64,000 bases of DNA from Camelus dromedarius. Taxonomy: Eukaryota. The stretch is from contig NC_087436.1 of the NCBI RefSeq assembly GCF_036321535.1, positions 117,492,001 through 117,556,000 on the forward strand, given 5' to 3'. Position numbers and translations under genes: made by a program. Positions 25,051 through 37,691 of the stretch are shown one piece after another (the stretch's first letter is position 1; every line of letters begins with the position of its first letter). Below the pieces are notes generated by a model. The model saw nothing but the letters and a program-made list of their open reading frames with translations, made no database searches and had not been told where the DNA came from.

Positions 25051-26859
25051 TAGACAGTAGATCAAACACATTGTACAGGAATTCCTGTACCAATAGTTAT
25101 CATCACAGTTGTGCACAGAGGTTGGTATGTGCCCAGAGATGTTCATGACAGCGTCGCTTGTCACTGAAAGTTCATAAACTTCCTGAACGTCCAACATGTA
25201 TTGTTTGGGTCCCAATGAGAGAGCCCCTTATTCAGTGTCTGGCTCCAACATCCGTGTCGCTTTATCTTGAAAACAGAAGAAACTACGATTTCCTTCTTTT
25301 AGGATTATGTTGATGCACAAAGATAAGGATAAGGCTTGTCTGGCACACAGCTGGTGCTTAGTCAACGGTCCTGTATCCAGATCTCCAGTTCTTCCACCAC
25401 CTTTTAGCAATCAAAAAAAAAAAAAAAAAAAAGGAGAAATAACCAGTGACAATGTATTGGAGGCATCTTGTTAGAAACGTTCCCAGTTGGTTTAGCTTTT
25501 AGATCTCAGGACACTGGAACTGTATCCTCCAACTCTCTAAACTCTGGAGGGAGGTTCCCACGGGACCTGGGCTCTGGGGCCGGCTGCACTTGGCTAGAAT
25601 CTGCATTACATAATTTCAAATTATACCATCCTGCGGAGGTGGCCCTCAGCATCTCTTCTGTAACATGGACAATAGTGCTGACCTCCCAGGCAGCTGTGAG
25701 GTTTCACAAGGAAAACTGCCCGGGGCACAGTGCCAGCTAGTAAAGCCCAAACAAATGCAGGTCCGCTTAAGCACGCTGTCCCTCTGGCCCGAGGGCATTC
25801 TGACATTAGCAGTGAGAACACTGTACCACACTAAGGGCTTCCGTTCTAGCCGAAGTCTCCCTGGCCTGGGCCATCCAGGGCTCCCAGCTCAAAGGTGACC
25901 TAATTATTAACGAGAGCTCCAGAGATGAAGCTAAGACATAATCCACCCCTGAATGGATTCAGAAGGAGCAGATAATGGGACAATAAAATTAATCTTGTAG
26001 AAAAACACAATTAGCCGTATCGTTTATAAATCTCATCTCCTTCCATGCGGGGTGAGGCGGGAAGTGGCTGAGCCTGAGCGGTTGTCCACCTCACCTCCCA
26101 TTCCACGTGGATGGATGCAGCTCTTGCTGGAAAAATATTTTCATTTCACAATCGAGGGGCACTGTTAGAGGTTTAAAAACAATCTTCAGAAGCCAAGATG
26201 ACCCAGAGAACAAAATCAACGTCACGGCCCTCCATCTCCCCCAGCCTGTTTCTTGCCTGTTTCAAGTGTCTTTGATGCAATCAAAGCTCCATTTATGAAG
26301 AATATATTCCACAGGGGGGCCCTCACTCACAGCTAGATCAGCCCCCATTTCTGCCCTCTCCGGGCTCACAGGACCCAGGGGAGGAATGAAGTGGGCACAG
26401 ACACTGCAGAGACACAGACGCACCCCCGCTCCCCGCCCCACCTCCCAGCCGTGCCACCTTGAGCGCATACTCCACCTTGGTAAGCCTACGGCGTAACGGC
26501 AGCCAACGGCGGGGACTCCCTCCGTCCCAGGGCCCGCGGAGGGTGTGATGGGCCTCTGCAGAGCCCCCACCCAGGAACTGTCCCTGGCAGCCTCAGCACC
26601 GGAAGCAGGGGTGACCCCCTTGCGGGGAGTGTTATTTATCGAGCACCTGCTGTGCACCCGGTACCGTTAGCTGCAGAAGCCTGAGGGCATCGTATTGGAT
26701 TCGCATGATGACCCATGATGATGGTTCAGAGGAGGAAACGGGGCGTCTGGAAGGGGAAACAGTCTGACTCACAGCTAGAAAGTGACCACATCCAGGTTGA
26801 GCCTCAGCCTGTCTGGCTCTGAAGGCCAAGCTGTTTTCTGAAACATTCCTCTGTGGGAG

Positions 26860-27235
26860 TGCTGTAAGCTGAAGTGTGCCCCCACATTTCATATGTTAGA
26901 GTCCTAACTCCCAGGACCGCAGAATGTGACTGCTTTTGGAGATAAAGCCTTTAAAGAGGTGATTAAGGTCAAATGAGGTCACGAGGGTGGACCCTGATCC
27001 AATGTGACTGGGGTCCTTATAAGAAGAAGAGATGAGGACACAGACGTGCACAGAGGGAGGATCACGTGAGGATGCAGGGAGACAGTGGTCACCCAGGAGC
27101 CAAGGAGAGGGACCTCAGGAGAAGCCATCCATGCTTCCACCTTCATCTCAGACTTCAGCCTCCAGGACGGTGAGAATGTGTCTGTTGTTTGAGCCCCCAG
27201 GCTGCGGTGTTCGCTGTGCTGGGCAGTGGGGGGAA
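26860..27235 (+). mobile_element. MLT1 solo LTR
   Basis: cctttaaagaggtgattaagg, atccaatgtgactggggtccttataagaaga, cagacttcagcctccagg. Confidence 0.85.
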
Positions 27236-27477
27236 CGGGGGAGGTGAGTCTCACCCTGGGGAGTGGGGTGAGGTCTTGGAGGCGCTGCCCCTCAGTGGGT
27301 CTTGAAGTTCATTCGGAAGGGCAGGCAAAGGCAGGCCTGCTTCTGCTCCCAAATCCCAGTGTCTGTCCATCTTGCCCTCAGGCACCGGCTGACTTCCTCT
27401 GGGGCTTTTATTCTCTCAACCCAGATCCATCCCACCCTGGCCTAACAGGCCCTCAGGTTCCTGTCATGGGTGTGCAA

Positions 27478-27652
27478 GAGACACACACAAATGACACATG
27501 CATACACGCATGTGTGTGTCCATGAACACACGTGCACATGGAAGCATGAACACGCATGCGCCCACACATATGCAATTCACACATGCATTCATGTATATGC
27601 ACACATGGGCTCATGCACACACAATACACAAGCACACACCTGCACACGCACA
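27478..27652. repeat. Degenerate CA/CATG purine-pyrimidine low-complexity repeat
   Basis: acacacac..catgcatacacgcatg-type alternation over ~175 bp. Confidence 0.75.
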
Positions 27653-28099
27653 GCCAAAGTGTCAGGCAAGCCGGCCAACATGGTGGGGGAGCAGGTGACT
27701 CCTTGGATTTGAGTCCCAGCCTGTCACTCTCTGGACCTGTCTTAGTTTCTCCACCTGAAAAAGGGCTCTAACCATAGGACCTACACATTTGTCCACTGCA
27801 AGTACGGTATTTAAATGAGTGGACGTATGTGAAGTCTTTTTTTTGTATATGTATATATACATTGCTATTGAAGTATAGGCAGTTTACAATGTGTCAGTTT
27901 CTGGTGTGCGGCATAATGCTTCAGTCAGATGTGAACATACACATTGCAAAGTCTTCCTACAGTGTCTGCTGTGCCAGCGCTATACAAGTGTTACCAATTC
28001 ATATTATTATGTCTCAGAACCATTCTGTCCCTACCCCCTGCTCACTCTCCCCCTTCCCCAACCGCTGATGCGCCAGCTGTTGTGTGACCTGTTTCCCCT

Positions 28100-29665
28100 T
28101 TTCTTTTGACGTATAATGCACATACCATAAAATTCACCATTTTGAAGCATATAATTCACTGGTTTTCAGTACATTCACAGAGTAGTGCAATGATCACCAC
28201 TAGTTCTAGAATATTCTCCTCACTGCAAAAAGTAGCCCCAAGTCTGTTAGCAGTCAACACCCATTCCTCTACTCCCACCCCCATCCCCGAGCAGCCACTA
28301 ACCTACTTCCTGTGTGAATTTGCCTACTCTGGACATTTCACATAAATGGGATCATGCAACATGTGGTCTCTTGTGACTGATCCCTTTCACTCTGTGCAAT
28401 GTTTTCAGGGCTCATCCATGCTGTCCCCAGCATCAGTGTGTCATTTTTAAAAAATTTTAATTGAAGGTCAGTTGATTTATAATGTTGTGCTAATTTCTGG
28501 TGTACAGCATAGTGACTGAGTTGTACAAATATCTATGTTCCTTTTCATATTCTTTTTCATTATAGGTTATTACAAGCTACTGAATGTAGTTCCCTGTGCT
28601 GTACAGCAGGACCTTGTTGTTTATCTATTTTCTATATAGTAGTTTGTATCTGCTAATTCCAAACTCCCAATTTATCCCTTCCCCCCACCCTTCCCTTTTG
28701 GTAACCATAAGTTTGTTTGCTATGTCTGTGAGTCTGTTTCTGTTTTGTACATAAGTTCATTTGTATCATTTAAAATTTTTTATTTTTTAGTAATTTTTTT
28801 ATTAAACATTTTTGGGAGGGAGGTAATTAGGTTTATTTTTATTTTTTAATTTTTTACTGGAGGTGCTGGGGATTGAACCCAGGACCTTGTGCATGCTAAG
28901 CATGTGCTCTACCACTGAGCTATACCCTCCCTCTGTGTCATTTTTTTAGATTCCACATATAAGTGATATCATACGATATTTGTCTTTATCAGATTTCACT
29001 TAATGTGATAATCTCTAGGTCTGTCCATGTTGCTGCAAATGGTATTATTTCATTCTTTTTTATGGCTGAGTAGTATTCTATTCCATATCTTCTTTATCCA
29101 GTCATCTGCTGATGGACATTTAGGTAGCTTCTATGTCTTGACTATTATAAATAGTGCTGTTATGAGTATTGGGGTGCATGTATCTTTTCAAATTAGTTTT
29201 CCCTGGATATATGCCCAGGAATGGGATTGCTGGATCACATGGTGACTCTGTTCTTAGTTTTCTTAAGGAATCTCCATACAGTTTTCCATAGTGGCTGCAC
29301 CAATGTCATTTCTTTTTATGGCTGAGTAATATTCCATCGCACAGTGAGACCACATTTTGTTTATTCCTCTATCAGTTGGTGGACCTTTGGGCAGTTTCCA
29401 CTTTTCAGCTTGTATAATTCATGTTGGAAAGAACGTCTGTGTCCTCATTTTGTGTGAACGTGTGTTGGGTGCATACCTAGGAGTGGAACTGCTGGACCAT
29501 ACGGTCATTCTATGTTTATTTACCTTTTCGAGGTGCCGTCGCCTTGCCTTCCACAGTGGCTGCACCATTTTACATTCCCACCAGTGGCTTCGAAGGGTTC
29601 CAATGTCCTCACATCCCCGGCAACACTTGTTGTCTCTTGTTGGTGCTGTCGTAGCCATCCCCTGA
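28100..29665 (-). mobile_element. L1MB-like 3' end interrupted by a younger L1 3' end (28447-29303), which itself holds a SINE
   Basis: The outer element rejoins across TSD TGTCATTT (28439-28446, 29304-29311). Confidence 0.85.
28771..28933 (-). mobile_element. tRNA-Ala-derived SINE (Vic-1-like) nested in an L1
   Basis: Reverse complement of the 6974 element. Flanked by TSD-like tgtatcattt / tgtgtcattt. Confidence 0.85.
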
Positions 29666-30269
29666 CTACCTTCTGTGTCTCTCCCTCCCCTCCCTCTCCA
29701 TGGCCTTGCCCCATCTTCCCTCACCTTCTCCTGAGTGGCCGTGGTACCACTGAGACTGTCTAATTTCAGGGCTGACTTCTTAGGAGCACAGCTTTCCCGG
29801 GTGCCCCTGATGAACCTCTGTTTCCCTCACGTACCCGCGAAGGCTTCTGAGATGCCGAGGTCACCCAGCAAACACATCGGAACATGCTCACTCCCTTGTC
29901 TGTTCCTCAGTATCCCCGTCTGTAAAACGAGGTATTAGGTCAGATTAGGGTCTCAAACTCAAGTACCTGCAAGGGCCAAGCTGAAGAGGTAGCACCCGTG
30001 AGTGGAGCACAAACCCATCGGCGGCAAATGGGGGCATGGACGGCGGGCAGCCCTCATCCCTACGCAGCTGACTTTTGTCCTCTAGAAATGCCTCTGTTGT
30101 TATCACTCAGTTTTCCAGAAGAAAGCACGAAATCTGGATATCTTGTGAGATCTCCTGCTTCTCAGTAATTCCAGTTGAAGCAATTTTTAAAAATGCCAAC
30201 AAGCAAAACACGTCTGTGTGTCTAATGTCATGCAGCCTGCGGAGTTCCAGTTTGCAAACCTGGAGCCAG

Positions 30270-30432
30270 GGATTCTGCCACTTGCGTGTGCATGGGAGTC
30301 ACCTGGAGGGCTTGTTAAACCAGAGTCTCTGATCCGGCAGGCCTAGGGTGGAGCCTGAGAATTTGCATGTCTAACCAGTTCCCAGGTGAGGCTGATGTGC
30401 TGGTCCCGGGACCCCACGTGGAGAACCACAGC
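30270..30432. mobile_element. MER5A-like hAT-Charlie DNA transposon remnant
   Basis: tcacctggagggcttgttaa, gagaatttgcatgtctaaccagttcccaggtgaggctgatg. Confidence 0.7.
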
Positions 30433-30786
30433 CCTGGACTACCGCTCTCTGAGTCCCATTGCAGCACTGAAATGCAGGTTCGTGACTCTAAACCCCAAAG
30501 TGCAGGCTCTTCACTCAAGGACTCAAGGGGAGGCAGGACCACGTCGTGGATAGGGCTCTGGTCGGGAATTAGCAAGTTCCTGTGACAACCACCCGGCTCA
30601 GACGCCGCACGGAGCAGGTACACGCACCTTCGTGCTACTGAGCATTAGTTGTGGAAATTTGTGCTTATGAAATGCTTTGAAAACCCTAAAGGGCTATTTT
30701 AAAAATGCATGTGACATCAAAATATGCACCAGGTCAAGATGTAAAGTGTAAAAGTCCTACGGAAGGGACTGGGGCGGCAGCATTTC

Positions 30787-31248
30787 TGTGTTAATCTCCT
30801 AGGGCTGTTGTAACAAATGACCACACACTGGGTGGCCAGGGTGGAGCTTAAAACAACAGAAGTGCACTCTCTCCCGCTTCTGGAGGCTGGAAGTTAAAAA
30901 TCAAGGTGTCGGCAGGGCATGCTCCCTCTGCTGTCTTGGGGAGGGTCCGTGCTGCCCCTCTCCTGGTTTCTGAGGGCTGGTGGCAATTCTCACCGTTTCT
31001 TGGTGTGTGGTTACGCCTGTCTATGCTGTGCCTTTGTCATCACCAGCCCTTCTCTTCTGTGTGTCACCCTGTGTCCTCTTCCTATAAGGACACCAGTCAC
31101 TGGATTTAGGGCTATCCTAAATCCAGGATGATTTCATCCCAAGATCCTCAACCAATTATATCTGCAAAGACTCCATTTCCAAGTAAGGTCACATTCTGAG
31201 GTCCCAGGTAGACATGAATTTTTAGGGATTCCTATTCAACCCACTACA
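30787..31248 (-). mobile_element. MLT1 solo LTR
   Basis: tagggctgttgtaacaaatgaccac start, tattcaacccactaca end. Confidence 0.87.
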
Positions 31249-32683
31249 GCCTCCCTCCTCCTTTTTTGATGTTATTCTAATATATTTGGCAATTTGGATA
31301 TTTTGCTCACAGCAAGTTGGAAAGAGGTAAGAGGGTGAGTGGTGAGGATAGTGACCAGGACAGAGGCCACAGAGATGGCAACAAAAGCAGAATTCAGCAC
31401 TAACCAGGTCTGGGAGCCTGGGGGCCCTCAGTGTAGTGGGGCTCCCAACCCCACGCCCCAAGTCCAGCTTGTGCAGAAAGCTGACCCCATTCTTCAACAT
31501 CCTCTGTTTCAGAAGGCAGGGCAACACGCCTTGCATATTAAATAACTGTGGTCCCAAATGAGGAAAATGAGACCTAGAGGGGTAAAATCTCAATCTTCGG
31601 GAAAATCTGCTCATAAAGAACCCACTCCCTATTCCCCAGCTAGACCAGAGAAACAGGGTAGACTGCCCGACAGAGAAAAGGTTATAAATTATGGATGTGA
31701 AAAAAAAACATGCCACGGCTGGAAGTCCTAGGTCAGCTCAGAGCCTGTGGATCTGCCGTGTGCTAATTTCGCTCGGCTGTGACCACCTGAAGCCCAGCCC
31801 AGCCGCGGGAAGGGAGACGTTTCGGACAGAACGGCCCCATTAGGTCATAGCTGAGCTGCCTGCAATGCAGTTCAGCCTTGCGCTGTGTAATCTCCAGCAC
31901 ACTCCGGGGATGCTGTGAATTTTAGACACTCTCCCAGGGACCCTGGCTCCACAGAGCGTGGAAAGCATTGCACTCATCCATCTGTGGGCTTTTGAAAAAT
32001 TCAATAATTAGTTCAAGCATACAGTGATATTACTGTTATTAGGATTTCGCCTTTCTGCGGTTCTTTACTTTGGCAAAGGGCTTTTATAATCATCTACCAG
32101 CTAAATAATTTAATAGAGTTATTGCTACACGCTGGGAACCGTTACTTAGCTGGCACTGGGTGATGCTCATCAACCAAGCAGGGACGGAGCTGATGAGATT
32201 CCACGGCCCTGGTCATTTATTCCCCAGGTCGTGTGCAGTACCTTGCTTGACCTCAGCCCGCCCTTGATGATTTCGGTTCTGATTCATCCTGAGCTATCCT
32301 TATCATGGGGAGAGTGAACCAAATTGCTGGGGTCAGGGGGGCTCTGAAGCAGGAGGGGAATTAAGTTATCATTCTAGCCCATCCCCCTCATTTTATGGAC
32401 GGGGAAACTGAGGCTGGGGCGGGTTGGTACTCTGCCCAAGGCCGCACTGCCAGTATAATTCGTTTCCAATGAGGAAAGGGAACAACGGGTGGCAGACACT
32501 CGGGACCCAAGTTTAGGGTCGCGAGCTCGGAGGCAGGGCTGGGCTTGGAGCAGAGGGAGGTGGCTGCCGCCTCGGTGAGAAGTCTGTACTTTGACTGGGT
32601 TCTTCGGCGCCTGATGCTGTTCTACCCGCGTCCCTTCCCAGCCTTGTCTTAATGACCCCGTTTCATCTCAGCCTCAGCGGTCT

Positions 32684-33311
32684 TGTTCCTGGTAGATGTA
32701 ACCAGTTTCCAGGTTCTTGTCCTGTCCCAGAACTCAGAGTCAAGGCGCAGTGGTTCAGAAGCAAAGTGAGGGTTGACTAAGGGATGGATAGTACAGTCTC
32801 AAGGGCGGGCAGGCTCAGGGGAGCGGCTGCCCTGAGTTTCTTTGGCAAGTTTGTTACAGGGTGTAAAAACGAGTGGGCGGAATATTCACTGGGGAGGGAA
32901 GGGTTGGGGTCGGATTCCCGAATTTTCATCCCAAGGGAGGAGGGATTTTTGTCCTTATTTAGTCTGGATCGGAAGTGTCACGGCATCAGTGCATGATGGG
33001 TGCTTCTAATCTGCAAGGCTAATTTTATCAAAATGAGGGCATAATGAGCAAAAGTTACATTCGGACACTGGAGATTCCTGCTTTTTCTCACCTATCTTTG
33101 TTGGCCTCCAGGCCACTCTTCACTCCAAAAGCTGTGACCACTTATCAGCCCAGAGGTTCCTGCTTTTCTTTATCTGCCCAGGGATCTCTGGTGCTTACAT
33201 GATATATGGTTTCCTGCATTTGGCCTGTGCCCCTCCTTTCTGCCCACTTCCTGCCATTTGGCCTGTGCCCCCCTCTCTCTGCTCATATCTAGCTGTCTGC
33301 CTGCTCTAACA
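32684..33311 (-). mobile_element. Complete ERV1-type solo LTR (628 bp) inserted in a MIR
   Basis: TGTT...AACA termini, perfect 4-bp TSD GTCT (32680-32683, 33312-33315) and internal direct repeats (33211-33233, 33248-33271). The flanks rejoin as MIR-like gcctcagcggtctcatctg..ggaataatag. Orientation is inferred from the position of the U3-like repeats. Confidence 0.8.
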
Positions 33312-35849
33312 GTCTCATCTGAGACTTGGAATAATAGAACCAAACCCAGATGGTGGTTTAGGGGGATTAAGGGTCAGGGCCTAGAGAGCCCTTGTCAGCA
33401 TCCACTGCACCTTTACTATTGTCAATATGGGCACTTTCAACTATTGTCATGGTGCCTTTGTCTGCAGATTGGGTGTGACAATACCTGCCCCATCCACTCT
33501 GGAATTTTTGTGAAGCTAAAAAGATAAAGAAGATAATGGCAGATAAAGCGTTTTATCTTCCTCCTCCTCAAGTTCTTCCCCCGGGAGGAGGGGGCAGGTG
33601 GAGGCTCCCGGGAGGGTCCAGGTGGGAGCAAAAAAGCCCTCCCTTGGCATCTGGACCAGTCAAGACATCACAATGTGGCAGATGCCCCCTAAAGTGAGAT
33701 CATTTGAGGAGGGATTGTTCGCAAAGGTGTGGCCAGGGTGTGGGGCCCAGAAGAAGTGGTCCAATAGCCAGAGAGGGTGGTGGGGAGCTGGGAACGTTTC
33801 TGGACCAGCAGGAAGGCAGGGAGAGGTGAGTGGGCTCCTGAGTGACCTTCTTCAAGGGACAGGGCCAGCCTGAGGGGGCAAGGGGAGCAGGTCCCCACTG
33901 GCCAGACGATGCTGAAGTAAGACATGGTGTGTGTGGGCCTGGAGAGAGGCTGGGATGGTGGGAGCTGGTCTGGAGGACTAAGAGGGTGCCTGGGAGGCGG
34001 TGTTGGGGGAGGGAGTCTGCCTGGTCTGTGAGTTCGCTGCCCTGGCTCCCTGGGGGAATGAACAGGCTGAAAGTCCCGGGGACAGGTTCAACTTCTCTGC
34101 TGAGTGGCCAATGACAGTGCACCTGACTCCCTGCCAGCCTTGGTATTCCCTGCTGTAAAATGTAAAAGGAGGGTGTGGAGCCAGAGGATGATTCAACCTC
34201 TGAAAACCCTAGATCCTAAGATACCTTGTCGCTGGATCTGAATTTCCTCCCCAGGAAGGAAGATGGTGGGGTTTTATCTTCTGAACTTGACCCCCGCCCC
34301 CCCACCATCAAAATAAAAGGCAACTGAGGGAGGTGCTCCTTAGAACTGCAGGTGCCGCTCCCTCCCCTCCATCTGCTCCCTGCCCCTTGCGGGGGGTTGG
34401 GGACAGGAAGGCGGGGCTGAAGGCTGCTGCTCCTTCTTCCCCGCTCCCTCCCTCCCTGCTGCCCTGGAAAACCTTGAGGTCACTAGAGAGCCTTTTAGTT
34501 TCCTTCCACTAGACAGCCATGTTCCTTGTCCGAAATAGTTTTCTACTCTGATGTCCCTGATTTTGGGGTTGGATAGATCTGAACATCTGAAAGCAACCTG
34601 GGTTGTGCAAAGCATAGGAATTTGGAGCTACCAGCATCTTGGAGACAGTTACCCAAATGGAAAAACAAAAACAAACCAAAAAAACTTCTGCTGACTTTAT
34701 GACCATTGATCACCCAAAACGGCAATGCTCTGACCTCAAAGCCAAAAATGGGGCTCAAATGGGGAACATTTTAAAAAACAACTTTTCTTATCTCCTAGAT
34801 CTTGGAGCTGAAAAAAGAAAATCTTTGTGATTACTCCCTTGATTTGTAGATGAGGAAACTGAGACCTGGAGAGGGCCACTCGCCAGAGCTATGCAGCCCC
34901 TGATTCCCACACCCCCACCAAGGCCAAGGGCCTCACAGCTAAGGTAAGGTTGATCTTAGAAATATTGGGGGAAAATTAGGAACTGCTGAGTGGATCATTA
35001 GGACCTTGTAGGCAACGACAAACAAAAAAACCCCAAGACGCCTAAAACCCAGAAAAAATAAATACACACACACAGAGTTCTCTTAAAAACGTAAGAGGTT
35101 GCCAAATGACTTGGAGCCCCAGAATCCCGTTTACTCTGTTCCTACAAGTACAAAAGAACCAAAAACATCACTCATTTCTTAACCTTTTCCTGAGTCCCTA
35201 ATATGTGCTGAGGGCTGGGGAATCAAAGATAACTGAAACACTAAAATCAGGAAAATCACCGTATTTATGATTTCGTCTGTACGTTACACATTTTAAAACA
35301 AGGTCTGGCATTTAGAGATGAGCATGTGCAGCAGAGTTAAACTTAGGAAGGAGAAAGGCTCAATGATGCTATGGGATACCCCGCCTCCAGCTTGATTTAG
35401 ACTGTGAATTTTCTCACTACACACTTGAACTTGGCTTTACAAACCTGACATTTAAATGCCTGAATCTGCCATGAATGTAAAATGAGTGGCTGCCTATTCT
35501 GCTTAACATCCAGTTCCTGAGTACTCACCGCATGCCAGGCCCTGTTCTAGGCACGGGAGATGGAGAAGTGGAAGATGAAATTTTCCGTCAGGGTTTGCTC
35601 TTGTGCTGGGGACCAGGCTGGTTATGGGGAAGCCGGCTGGGGGAGCACTCCGCGTGGCACTGTGGCCTGGGACTAGGCATTTACTTCCCTGAGCTACAAA
35701 GAGGCTCATCAGGACCTGGGGGAGGGCCTCCTTAGTCAGCCTGAGCACTAATCCTACACACAAGACAAGCCTCCACCACGTCCCCCTGGCTCGGCATAGG
35801 CTACATAAACCACAGGGTGCCTAATTAGAGGTCAAAGCTATAATAACAG

Positions 35850-36035
35850 CAAGGCAGGCACTGCGGGTTTTTTAAAAAATATAATAGCTCATTTGATTCC
35901 CACAACACTATGATAGAGATACTATTACAATTTCCATTTTATAGATGAAGAAACTGAGGCACAGAGAAGTTAGGCGACTTGTCCAAAGACACCTAGCTAG
36001 AAGTGGGAGAGACAGGGTTGGAAATCAGACTGTCA
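35850..36035. mobile_element. MIR SINE (representative of many MIR/L2 fragments in the window)
   Basis: ccattttatagatgaagaaactgaggcacagagaagtta core. Confidence 0.75.
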
Positions 36036-36137
36036 CTGCCTCCTGCTGTGGCAGTCTGGGCCCCAACCAGAGGGACAAGGGAAGTCGCCAGGGGGCCAGG
36101 ACGTGGAAATGACAGGGTCTTTTTAAAATGATATCCT

Positions 36138-36327
36138 CTTTTTAGAGTGCAGTCAGTTTACAATGTTGTGTTAATTTCTCATGTATGGCATCGAGACTCA
36201 GTTACACACATGTATATTCCTTTTCCTATTCTTTTTCATTATAGGCTATTACATGATATTGAATGTAGTTCCCTGTGCTCTACGGCAGGACCTTGTTGTT
36301 TATCTATTTTGTAGATAGTAGCTGGTA
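36138..36327 (-). mobile_element. Short younger L1 3'-end fragment
   Basis: Aligns to 28460-28650 (tttttcattatagg..tgaatgtagttccctgtgct..ggaccttgttgtttatctatttt). Confidence 0.8.
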
Positions 36328-36744
36328 CGGGGAGAAGCAGCTGGCTGCCCTGCCCTGTGGAGGGAAGATGGGGGTGGGGGTTACAGCAGTCACGTGAGCA
36401 GTGATGTCATTGAGTCGTAAGCCTAGAAGTGTCCCTAAAAGAGTCGTTTAGAAAAACCAAGCAGATGTCAAAAATCCTGCGAGACACCAGGAGTTACAGA
36501 CTGCTAGCCCAAGGGTGAAACGGGTCTAAGGGAAGAGCCAGTCCTGCTGATTTCAGTCTGTGTACACTGTAAAACACCTTCAATCTGTTTGCCCCACAAC
36601 CACCATCGCAGCTTCACTTGATCCCAGTTCTTTGACTGTTGCCTCTTCAACCTATTTGCTAGCCAAGACCCTGCCCCTCTCAGGACCATCTGCATCCCTG
36701 AGCTTGAGTTCCCCAAATGACTGCCCCCTTGCAGGCTGGACACC

Positions 36745-37117
36745 TGTAGTTGGCTCAGTGATGCCCCCTCCAAAGACGTCCAAATCTAACCCTTAGAATC
36801 TGTGAATATTCATCCGAGTGGCCCTGAAATCTGATGACAAGTGCCCTTATAAGAGACACAGAGAGGAGGGGAGGGGACAGTGTTGACTACAGGGGCAGAG
36901 ATTGGAGTGATGCAGCCATTAGTCAAGTACCGACTGGGGCCACCAGAAGCTGGCAGAGGCAGGAACAGATTCTTGACTACAGCCCCTGCAAAGAGTGTGG
37001 CCTGGCTGACACCTTGATCTCGGATCTGGCCTCCAGAGCTGTGAGACAATACACTTCTGTTGTTTGAAGCCCCCCAGGTTGAGGGAGTTCGTTACGGCAG
37101 CCCCGAGAGACTGATGT
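36745..37117 (+). mobile_element. MLT1 LTR with internal deletion
   Basis: gcccttataagagacac, gacaccttgatctcgga, ctccagagctgtgagacaata. Confidence 0.8.
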
Positions 37118-37632
37118 CTGCCTGCACATCCTGTCCGGACCTGGGAGGCCTTCCTCCCTGCGTGTGTTGCCCGCTCTGCCCCCTGGGGACCCCCTGTGGA
37201 TTTCACACTTTAACCACAGTCTCCTGTCCTCTCCCCTCCGCAGTGGAAATGGCCGCTTCCTCCAGTGGACCCTCTGCTCTGCCCAAAGACTTGTCATTTC
37301 ATCTTCCTCATCCATCAGCTGCTGGTGGGCTGGCTGTGTGTCCTATTCATTGCATGGCCTGTGTGTGCTTTTCCCAGGGTCTGGTGCTGCCTGAGAACCC
37401 ACAAAAACACCCACACGGAACGAAGCTGCAAAGTCCCAGTGACCAGCGCCAGTGAAAACTAGGACAGTGTGAAAAGGACGCAAGCGGCACGATGACTGCT
37501 GCCGTCTCCGGGACAGCTGTGGGCTTTCTTGTCCATGTGCTTCTCAGCTGACGAAGACTTTGAAGGGGAACAGGGTCCACACAGGGTCCAGGAGGCCCAC
37601 TCTGCAGCTCCTGGTGTGGGGTTGTGACTGTA

Positions 37633-37635
<3 letters not shown>

Positions 37636-37690
<55 letters not shown>
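37636..37690. repeat. (TG)27 microsatellite
   Basis: Uninterrupted TG dinucleotide run. Confidence 0.97.
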
Positions 37691-37691
<1 letters not shown>

